The notes beneath the pieces were generated by a model. That model saw only the letters and a list, made by a program, of their open reading frames with translations. It did no database searches and was not told the DNA's origin. A stretch of DNA of 64,000 bases from Squalus acanthias (taxonomy: Eukaryota): contig CM059432.1 of the NCBI GenBank assembly GCA_030390025.1, positions 89,652,001 through 89,716,000 of the forward strand, written 5' to 3'. Of the stretch, positions 12,130 through 22,314 are shown in pieces (position 1 is the first letter of the stretch; each line of letters opens with the position of its first letter). The translations under genes were made by a program, and so were the position numbers.

Positions 12130-13215
12130 CATCCAATGCAAAGAAGAGGACAAGCTGCTCGCAGAGGGAGGAGGAGGAGTGGAAGAATGGCTCTCGGCAG
12201 GCAGCTTTACCCACCTAGAGTCTTCCGAAAGCAATTTTCTTACCTCAGCCTGAGCCAGGAGCAGTGTGTGAAGTGTCTGTGCTTTACAAAGGAGGTACTC
12301 ACAGAACTCTGCCACCTCTTGCAACCAGACCTGCAGCCTCACACCAGAGCAAGGACAGCGCTGCCAGTGGCTGTGACAGTGACCGCGGCACTGAATATCC
12401 TCGCATTCGGAACCTTCCAGCTGGAGCAGGCGACATCGGCAACATCTCCCAGTTCACCGTCCACTGCTGCATTCCCAATGCAATACTATTTATGTCAGGA
12501 AAGGGAATTTCATTGTCTTCTCTCTGACCAGAGAGAAGTAGGCAGAGTGTGCACATGGCTTTGTCAGGATAGTGGGCTTCTCCATGGTGCAGGGCGCCAT
12601 CGAATGCATGGACGTGGCTTTATGGGCGCTGTATCTAAATGCTGAGATGTACCACAACCGCAAAGATTAACACTCGCTGAATGTACAGTTGGTGTGCGAC
12701 CATGCTCAGCACATCATGATGGTGAATGCCCAGTATCCTGGCAGCAGTCATGATGCTTTTATTCTGCACCTGTCCGCTGTTCCCTCAGTCTTTGAGCCAC
12801 CAAGACAAACCAGAGGGTGGCTACTGGACGACAAGGGCTATCCGCTGACCACCTGGCTCATGACTCCACTCCGCAACCCAACCACACGTGGGCAAGATAT
12901 GTACCATGAGAGCCATGCTGGCACACGGAATCTGATAGAACAGATCATTGGCGTCCTTAAACAATGCTTCTGCTGCCTGGACTGCTCTGGAGGAGCCCTG
13001 CAGTACTCGTCAGAGCGCGTCTCAAGATTCGTCGTGGTCTGCTGCATGCTAAAACCTCACCCATCACGAGGGCACCGTCCCTGCCACCAGGTATACGGCG
13101 ACCAGCTGAGGAGGAGAAAGAGGAGTAGGAGGAGGCGGAAGGGAGGATACTACCCAGACAGCTGCTTTCTACCTGGGGCTGTCCGTGATCAACACATCTG
13201 ACTACGGTACCAGTG
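12130..13215 (+). pseudogene. Harbinger DDE transposase (HARBI1-like) pseudogene of H1
   Basis: YPPRVFRKQFSYL, ALPVAVTVTAALN, YPGSSHDAFIL, WLLDDKGYPLTTWLMTP, TRNLIEQIIGVLK; frameshifts and stops. Confidence 0.92.
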
Positions 13216-13385
13216 AACACAACCCCAATTCGCCAATCAGCAATAGTCCCGCCCCTTACCTGCCCTCTGTTACTGACCATCACAGCGTCCTCTTGGCCGC
13301 AATGCTGAAATAAAAACTACTACAAAAGAAATATTCCAATTCAACTTTATACATCAATTCATCCAATATTACATAACAAAGTCAA

Positions 13386-15587
13386 CTAATCACCCTTGTG
13401 CATTCCCTTAGTGCCTGTCTTCAGTGTGCCTTTGTCTGTTCTACAAAGTGCTCCCCCAGTGGCTGCAGCATGGCTGGTGGAAGGCTGCTGACTTTCCATG
13501 GGGGACACTGCAGATGGCCTTGCAGGATGACCTCGAGCAGCTCTGGACCTAGAAGGCCCAGCTGCGGACTGCACCACCTCAACATGGGTGGCAGCAGTCG
13601 GGGTTGGCTGGCTGACAGGTAACAGCAAGGGTACTGGCGGAGTGACAGTGGTGGGAGGACGAATGCTGTCATCCTGAGAAAGGACAGCAGGTTCGTGCTC
13701 CACGGAGCCACTGCCACTCCCCCGGGGCGGCGCCTCAGCATTCCTCGTAATTTGCTGGAGGACAGATTCCTGGACTGCTGTGATACCCTGCAAACCCCTT
13801 TTCCATACTGGTAAACGCAGCCATGATGGCAGCAGTCTGAGCTTGCGTGGCAGTAAGCTGAGCCTGCATCGGAGCAGTCTGAGTTTGCATGATAGAAGTC
13901 TGAGCATCCACTGCAGCACTCAGAAGTTGGGTGTCTTCTGCTTTTGCTACAACGGAAGGTGAGACATCAGCCATCAGACTCTGCATCACGTTTGGGTCCA
14001 CAAGTGCGCTAATGGAGTTGTCCATCACTTCCATGCTGGAAATCATGGGCTCCAAGCTCTGCACAAAGCCCTGTGCAAGGTTGGTGCGGACTCCTCCATG
14101 CTCCTTGACATTGCACGCAGGCTTGCCAATGTACCAAGTATTTTGTGTGTTTACCTGTCAGCATTCTTCAGTAGTCTGCGCATCGAAGTCCTCATCTGAG
14201 TCCTCTGCAGCAGAACTCGTGTGCGACCTCGCCCTCGCTGACACCTGTGCTACCCTTTCCCCCTGCCCTGGCTGCAGCCCACTCATGCCTGGTGACTCAC
14301 CACTTGCAGATCCCATCTCTAAGCTACCCTCTAAACTCTGCGCAGTGCCAGTATCTGATCTGGTGGCTGTGAGTGTCAGATCGAGTGATGGTGTTTCTTC
14401 TTCATCATCACTCTCCTCTCCCTCTTCTTCTTGCACTGCTGGCTGGACAGGTGGCATTTCTTGAAATGAGAAAGGCACAAGGGTAGGGTTGTGGTGTGGG
14501 GTGGGGAGGGGGGTTGGGTGTGAAGCAAGAGGTGCGTGCTTATACCATATGCAGATTGTAAATCAGAAGAGATTGTAAGATGAGGGGGAAGTGGGATGTG
14601 AGAAGGAGGATTATGTATGAGGATACTGGCATCTTATATTCTTTCAGCCCACCGCTGGCCATGGGCTCAGCGACACCCATTCCAAGAATGACTAGTACCA
14701 TCTCCTCCATGGGGGTGAGGTTATGCAGGTGCGCCTGTCTCCTGCAGGTTAGTTCCTGCTGCCGCCGGTTGTAAGCCATCTTTTCCTGCAAGAGTGTCAG
14801 TGAGTGTGGTGCAATGTGGAAGTGTGTCAGTGAGTGTGGTGCAATGTGGAAGTGTGTCAGTGAGTGCGGTGCAATTTGGAAGTGTGTCAGTGAGTGTGGT
14901 GCAATGTGGAAGTGTGTCAGTGAGTGTGGTGCAATGTGGAAGTGTGTCAGTGAGTGTGGTGCAATGTGGAAGTGTGTCAGTGAGTGTGGTGCAATGTGGA
15001 AGTGTGTCAGTGAGTGTGGTGCAATTTGGAAGTGTGTCAGTGAGTGCGGTGCATTGTGGAAGTGTGTCAGTGAGTGTGGTGCAATGTGGAAGAGTGTCAG
15101 TGAGTGTGGTGCAATGTGGTTGCGTGATATGTCTGTCATCGTTGAATAGCTGACTGTGTGCAAGCTGTGAGATGTGGGTGTGAGGCTTGCAGCAGTGGTA
15201 AGTGTGTGAGGGTGAGGTGAAGCTATGATTGTAACATATGAGTCATGATTGCTAGAGATTGTTGGTAGGTGAGTGATGGGATGTGGTGCATTGAGCATTG
15301 TGTGAGGTTTGTGGTGCAGATGGTGGGACATGGCATTTGAAGATGAATTCACTGACCTTGACCACTCACGTGAGGTCATTAAATGTCTTCCTGCACTATG
15401 TCCTCATCCTCGGGGCTAAACTGCTGGCATTCACCACAGCGGCTATCTGCCCGCATTGGACTTTACACTGTGGCCTGGCGGGCCTCCTGGCCCCCTGTGG
15501 AAACACCACCTCTCTCCTCGAGTTGACCTTCTGCACCAGTGCTGCATCGGCGAACCTAGGTGCATGCTCTCTCCCCTGTTGTGACAT
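13386..15587 (-). pseudogene. Harbinger Myb/SANT-like gene of H1, 3 exons (15587-15357, 14785-14627, 14459-13386), disrupted
   Basis: APRFADA..KTFNDLTRVVK|gtcagt; cag|EKMAYNRRQQE; acidic exon 3; stops and frameshifts present. Confidence 0.85.
14791..15119 (+). repeat. 30-bp minisatellite, ~11 copies, in intron 1 of the H1 Myb-like gene
   Basis: Unit AGTGTGTCAGTGAGTGTGGTGCAATGTGGA. Confidence 0.96.
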
Positions 15588-17455
15588 AATTTTTCTTTTC
15601 TCCTCCTCTCACTGTCTTTCCCAGGCATTTCAATGAGCTGTTGCAGGCAGAATGCACCTCCCCTTTAAAAGGGGCACACTGCCATTAAGTAGTGCCGGCT
15701 AGCTTTAATTGGTGCCAGCTATACACAAACTCAGGCCCCCTGCTGCGCGTTCAGCCACTCAGCAGTGCGTTCAGCGCTGGGCTGGACGCCGCAATCATGG
15801 AAATGAGCAGGCAGCATGAAGTTCGTGTGCTGCCTGCAGTCCTCTGAACGGACGTAGGTTGATCGCGCATTGCGATTCCCGTGTATGTTTTCAGGGGTTA
15901 ACGAATTTCTGGGCCCAAATCTGCTCTCAATATGTAATTCTGGCTCTCCCAAAAATATCAACATTTTTAATTGTTTTTAATGAGATACTTTTGACTGTTT
16001 TGGTTAGTTTCAAATAAATATACTGCTTCAGATAGTTTCAAATTCAAAATACATAGCTTGTGCCATAGATATAGTGCATTTTGGAGATTAGGAATGGACT
16101 CAGAATCAGGCAAGATCTGACCTTCAAAATCAGTATGTTTCTACTGATTTATGCAGTTTCAATTCATTTCCAAGCCTCTGTAACCCGACAGCTGATTCAA
16201 TGCAGCATTGCCCCATTACTGCTCGGATTTCCTCCATTGGGATCTCTACATCCCGTCCCTTTAGCATACATTGTACCCAATCCTTTCAACCTGCCATTAG
16301 GTGGTTTCCCTTCAATTAAATAAACATTTTAAAAGAATTACTAGGAGTATTATCAACATAAAATAGTTCTTCCATCCAGATAATAAAGTTAAACTTGTCA
16401 ACTGTGTTGGAGCTTTTTGTAGTTTGAAACCTACCATTTTTGATTACATTCAGCAGGGAGCCACTCAGCTGGCATCAGCTACAAGGTAATCACATAGCAA
16501 TCACACAGATCGACATCCTTTCCTGTCCAGTGTCAGGCAGGAAACATCCAAACCCAGAAACTAGAGGAATACACATGCACACAGTTCTAGTCAGCTGTGA
16601 CTGAGGTTCTGCAGCTTGAACACCTCCCAATCAACATTCAGAAAAGGAAAGAAAGCCAATTAACACTTTCCAATGACTCTACTTGCTTTTGGGCTCGACA
16701 CTGATGTTGGCTGATTAATGCTCTGCTGAGTGTGGAGACTTTAAAAGGGTAAAATTCCACATGTCAGAATTCTTTCTGGTAGCAGAACAACACCTGGAAA
16801 CTGTTGTGTTGCATGGGTCAACGTATTCTTCACTGGGGACACATTTCCAACACCTCTTTCTGACATCAAAAGCAGGATGGTTAAGGTATTCAAAAATCAC
16901 CAATTAAGGTTGTTAACTATATGTTTTTTGATCAAACTTAGAAGGCTATGTTGCAGTTTCTCCACACTTAAGGGCTTGCAGGCCTGTTGCCTATAAGTCA
17001 ATGAACAGTGCTGGTGCTAATGGGTTGATGAAGTCTGCACCAACCCCAGCAACAACACAACACTGATGTTAATTCTTTGCACTGCCATCATCCTTTCAGA
17101 TGAAGAGCAGCATAAATGGGTGATTCATGAAAATCTGACTGTCACCCATTTCAGTTAAGGGAATCCCGGGAGCAATGCAAATGCAATTTGGTACTGGTTG
17201 GGCTGATACTGGGTCACATATACTAACCATTCAAAATAACCCAGAACCCTTAGGGAATATTGCTAACAAAAAAAAACACTCGCACCAATCAACAGTCTGC
17301 TTTTATTGAGTTTGAACTTGGATAAATGTCAGCATTCTCCACAGCTCTATATTTCAGGCTGTTTCTGGCTGCCTTGGAAAAGACATTTCAGGATTCCCAA
17401 GTGTTTGTGCATTGAGCTACTTGCACATATAGGGCTGGATTCTCCTCCACAATCT

Positions 17456-17841
17456 CAACAACAACAACTTATATTTATATTGCGCCTTTAACGTAGTAAA
17501 ACGTCCCAAGGTGCTTCACAGGAGTATTATAAGGCAAAAAATTTGACACCGAGCCACATAAGGAGAAATTAGGGCAGGTGACCAAAAGCTTGGTCAAAGA
17601 GGTAGGTTTTAAGGAGCGTCTTAAAGGAGGAAAGAGAGGTACAGAGGCCGAGAGGTTTAGGCAGGGAATTCCAGAGCTTAGGGCCTAGGCAACAGAAGGC
17701 ACGGCCACCAATGGTTGAGCGATTATAATCAGGGATGCTCAAGAAGGTAGAATTACAGGAGCGCAGATATCTCGGGGGGGAGGGGGGGTGTGGTTGTGGG
17801 GCTGAAGGAGATTACAGAGATAGGGAGGGGCAAGGCCATGG
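17456..17841 (-). mobile_element. L2 LINE 3' fragment
   Basis: Closely matches 7600-7925; tail reads (CAA)n on the + strand. Confidence 0.92.
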
Positions 17842-18363
17842 CTGCCTCTTCCCCACCTGCCATATTCAAATGGTGGCGGGGCATGGGTCTCGGGTTCCCA
17901 GTGTATTTCTCTCCCTTCTGGCCCAGTTACCACCGCTGCCTGGAGTCGCCATGGGGAAGCTGGCAGGGGTTGCTGTTTTAAATTAGAGTAAATGTAGTAT
18001 CATTTCATAGTGAGTTGTACCTCAGACCCCACTTATATGCTGGAATCAACAAATATTGTGCAGAATAATTTGTTCAGCATTGCACACTCCAAATAATGAA
18101 ATGACTCAAATTCTGCTTTTATTTTGCTGGACTATTAGATTGCTTAACACTTAATTTATGGTTCAGGCTATGTATGCTTTCTTTCTTCATTGGGAAAAAA
18201 ATTGAGTGGAATTTCTTTTGTGATCAGATTTCCCGCTCCTTGGGGGCATTACACAAATTTGAATGGTAATGGTCCTGAGGTGTCCCCTTGGAGAGAGAGG
18301 GCCTTGTAGAGGCCTCCTCTCCCTCCATTTCGGCCTCCACTTACCTTGTTTTGTAGACCTTGA

Positions 18364-19011
18364 ACCCCCATTTTAACCTAACCTGCCCAGCAGGAACAGG
18401 TGGATTTGGTTCAGTCACTCATTTTACACCCCACCTAGATTTATGCTCCATTGACCTCAATGTAGAGTAAAATCAGGCGGGGTATAAAACGGGCATCCAT
18501 AAGAAAATAAGAACATAAGAATTAGGAGCAGGAGTAGGCCATTTGGCCCTTCAAGACTGCTCCGCCATTAAATAAGATCATGGCTGATCTTCAACCTCAA
18601 CTCCACTTTTCCGCTCGATCTCCATATCCCTTGGTTCCCCTAGAGTCCAAAAATCTATCTATCTCAGCCTTGAATATACTCAACGATTCAGCAACCACAG
18701 CCCTTTGGGGTAGAGAATTCCAAAGATTCACAACCCTCTGAGTGAAGAAATTCCTCCTCATCTCAGTCTTAAATGGTCAGCCTCTTATCCTGAGACTATG
18801 CCCCCTAGTTCTAGACTTTCCAGCCAGGGGAAACAACCTCTCAGCATCTACCCTGTCAATCCCCCTCAGAATCTTGTATGTTTCAATGAGATCACCTTTC
18901 ATTCTTCTCAACTCCAGAGAGTATAGGACCAATCTACTCAATCTCTCCTCATAGGACAACGCTCTGATCTCAAACCCACCTCTTTTCCACCAGGCGAGTT
19001 AAAATCAGGGC
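18364..19011. mobile_element. Palindromic MITE interrupted by a CR1
   Basis: Imperfect long TIRs (ATTTTAAC...AGGTGGATTT and AAACCCACCT...GTTAAAAT); internal hairpin centred on CATTGACCTCAATG. Confidence 0.6.
18499..18970 (-). mobile_element. CR1 LINE 3' fragment
   Basis: YEERLSRLVLYSLELRRMKGDLIETYKIL; tail reads ATAAGAAC repeats on +. Confidence 0.93.
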
Positions 19012-22000
19012 TTTAGTCTCTGCCAAGGTCTACTAGTTTGGCGATCTTCCAATCTTCGGGCCCCTTTAACTGCCTGGCCACCTTTCTGTTGCTGATGTGA
19101 TGGTCGCACTGCAACACTGCCAGGATTTTGCAGCCAGGCAATAATGGGCTCCTTCTTGGCGGCACGAATCTCGCTGGGAGATCGTGCATCTGTGATGAAC
19201 CCCAATCCAGGAAAATCAGTCAGGGTTGTGGTGATGTCAGAAGAGTGGGTGGAAGTCTCACCCTGCTGGAACACTGCTACTGGGAGTAGAATCCCAGCCA
19301 TAATTCCTAATGGGGGACATCTGGAAACATGCTTCCCGTTGTGTCTCAAATTGTTTCCACTACCAATTAAATATTAATTTCCCCCTGTCCAAAATTTAAA
19401 TATAACTAGTGAAAATTGGATCAAAATAGTTAACCTATTGAACTGGTTTGAACAAATGCCAATGAATATCTTTACTGCTACTGTCAATACAGAATTGTTT
19501 AGATTGCATACAGTGCTTTATCAGTCAGTCATGGCTCACACTAGTGACATGCTGAAACAGTGATATCACCCCCAAGTAACAAGGTATATTGTGACTGAGA
19601 CACTGAATTGCAGCCCACATCTCATTTCCTCTGAGGCATCTTGAAAATCATGAAGCCAACCTCCTAACATATTTGGAGAGTGCAATGCTGAACAAATTGT
19701 ACTGTAGAATATTTGCTGAATCCAGTATGTATGTAAGTGAGGTCTGAGATGCAAGTCGCTGTGGAATGATGTGGTGTTTACTGTAATTTAGGACAGTGCT
19801 ATTAAGGTTTGCTGTACATGTATTGCTGTATGAGAAACCTGAAGTTTTAGACAGTCTTAATCAACTGTTTGACAGCCTGCTGGGTCCTCAATCCTATTAT
19901 ATTGGAAGTGTGCTTAGATCAATCTGATTCCAATTTGCTGAATCCACTTAGAGAGTTCCCCTTAATCACTGCACAGCAAAGTTGCAAAGAGAGAACTTAA
20001 TTTATATTATACTTCACATGATGACCTCAAATCCATGGAATAAAAATACAGTTGAATCTGTATAGCGTGTATGCAAAATCCTGATATGGGAAAATTCTAG
20101 GTCAGGGTACAAATTGTAATAAAGTCCTACTTTGTCTTTTGATGCAGTTAATATTGATAGTCTACCTTGTTCCGTGGAATAACACACTGATTATATACGT
20201 GAAAATATAACAGAACCCTTTTTTAATGGGGTCTTGTGCCTCAGTAAAGTTTCACTGTACAAGTAGACGTGTGAGGCAGCCATTAAACTAGAGGCAGAAT
20301 GAGGTCACCATTTCTACATCAAATTCTGCTGATTACTTGAGAAAACCTAAAACATTGCCCACAATGCTTTTTTTCCCCATTTAAGTTCAAAAACTTTCCC
20401 AAAACAGCACTAACCTGTGAATGTATGGTTCATGCAGTTCCAGAAGGTTTAGTGCTTTATGTCTGGAGGCATTGGTTTCCACGAGTCTAGGATACCCATT
20501 TCGTCACTCCTTATAAGCTAACCAATGGAAGACAGTACTCCGATTTTCTCTATAAGCATGTAGTAATTTCATTATAGCAGAAATGTCACTTTACCCAGTT
20601 ACCCAATTTTGGGGATTTTTTTAAATGTGGGCAGTTCTGCTGTGTCAAGGGTTGAGTGTTAGTGGAAAGTTCACATAATATAAATAAGAAACACACCAAC
20701 TGTAACAAATGCACAAAAATGTGCAACCTGCAGCGAAAAGCATTAAATATCTATCATATGATGTCAGCATAAATTGTCATAGGAATTTCAGAAAAAACAC
20801 AAGATCTTTGTCAAAATAACCTTCAACTGAGGTGAGAGTGTCACACAAAAAGTCTGTTCAGGACTTTGGTATGATAGATTAAAATGAAAATTCCTATTAG
20901 TATTTCCACAGTTCATAGCGTCAAATCAGCAATGCTCCACACACAACAAAGGACTGTCGCTGCATGAAAATCAAAACTCTTCCAGATAAAATAAGTCTGG
21001 GTATAAAATAATCTGAACATGTTCAGAGGGCAAGCTGTGTCTGCTGTAAAACAAACATCGTCACATGTCTCAGAAATATCACAAAGCACTTCATGTACAA
21101 TCAATGACTTTGAAATAAAGTGACTGCTGTTATATAGGCAAATGCAGCAGCCATCTTGTACACACCAAGATCCCACAAGCAGCAATGAAGTAAATGCTCA
21201 GTTAAATTGTTTGAGGTTGAGGAAAGAATGTTGTCCAGGAGACCAGGGCCCTAAATTTCCTCATTGTCTTCAACGCTTCCATTGTTGTTATGCGTTATTG
21301 CGCCAAAAGATCGAGGAAATTTGCTTTTTGATGCATTAAACCACTTATGCACCATTATTGCACTAAATGTAGTGCAAATCTTATACCCATCAAAGCCCCT
21401 CGGGACTCATTTGCATAATGGCACTGTTCAAGTACACAGACGTTTCCTGGGTTTACGTCACTTCTGCGATCAGTGTAAAACTTGAGGGCTGCCGTCACTT
21501 TAATTGCCAGAGTTGAGAGCTCTTCTAGTACTTCAGACAAGTGTTTGTGAGGAGTTGGTGAGTGGAAGAGGACACCAATGTCTCTTACTGATTACAGACT
21601 TCCAAAGAACTTTTTTTAACCCCTTCCTTCAGAATTTTCGTCACTGACACCTGCTCTTCATTTTACTGTAGTGCTTTCCTTACTTCCTAGAAAAGATTTT
21701 GGGGATCCCCCAACTTCCCGCACTACCAAACCCACACTTAGATCGACTTTACACAAGGGATGACTTTCCCCATGGGAAAACCACTCTATGCCATCATAAT
21801 AGAGGGGGAGTTGCAGGCCCGAGTTCTCGTGCCCAGGCCAGGAGAATCAGGCAGCTTGGCAGAGGACAGCAGCCCATCAGGTATTATTTACCCCAATGCG
21901 TGTGCAGGCCACACCGGTCCTACAAGGGCCTCTCTGAGGAACTGTGCATCCAATGGTTGTGCCTCTCCAAGGATGTCACTAACTTCATATCGAAGATTTG

Positions 22001-22047
22001 CAGACTCGCTCCACTGTCATGACTATTCTGTCTCTGGCAATTAAAGT

Positions 22048-22314
22048 CTCAGTTGTATCTTGCTATGTCTTTGATGTGGTGCCTTCCTGGCTGACCTGAT
22101 TGTTTCTCTGCCGAGGTGTGACACAAAAGGCAGTCAGGAGGATTAAATGTAGTCGTCTGCCATTGTACGCCACACATGCATTGTTCTCTGTCTATATATG
22201 CTTTGTCGATTTGTATTCCTTTACTTCACCTGACGAAGGAGCAGCGCTCCGAAAGCTTGTGATTTCAAATAAAACTGTTGGACTATAACCTGGTGTTGTG
22301 CGACTTCTCACTTT
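22048..22314 (+). mobile_element. Penelope-like solo pseudo-LTR fragment, 13-bp TSD TGGCAATTAAAGT
   Basis: TSD at 22035-22047 and 22315-22327; hammerhead, AATAAA and CTGTTGGACTATAACCTGGTGTTGTGCGACTTCTCA end shared with the 54680 insert. Confidence 0.88.
22226..22262 (+). ncRNA. Minimal type I hammerhead ribozyme (PLE-associated)
   Basis: TCAC-CTGACGA-A-GGAGC(AGC)GCTCC-GAAA-GC-TT-GTGA: core boxes, stem II, palindromic AGCT stem III, stem I TCAC/GTGA. Confidence 0.85.

Larger units (their letters stand above)
11177..15916 (+). mobile_element. PIF/Harbinger DNA transposon H1 (two-gene, decayed)
   Basis: TIR-like ends GGGCTAGAAATTCG and CGAATTTCTGGGCCC; transposase on +, Myb-like gene on -; left end is homologous to the right end of H4; TSD not cleanly preserved. 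Confidence 0.88.
17432..19299. mobile_element. Probable non-autonomous DNA transposon with nested L2, MITE and CR1; apparent TSD ATA
   Basis: GGGCTGGATTCTCCTCC vs reverse complement GGCTGGGATTCTACTCC (13/17); ATA on both sides. Confidence 0.5.

Noticed and set aside
14540-15379. ORFs with WKCVSECGAM or HIAPHSLTHF repeats, and a CRISPR-like look
   Set aside because: Head-to-tail 30-bp tandem repeat with no unique spacers, inside a transposon intron; no cas genes; eukaryotic DNA.
19614-19732. Plus-strand open frame ending at GTAAGT (HLENHEANLLTYLESAM...)
   Set aside because: No pyrimidine tract at the putative acceptor and an unrecognised peptide; compatible with chance.
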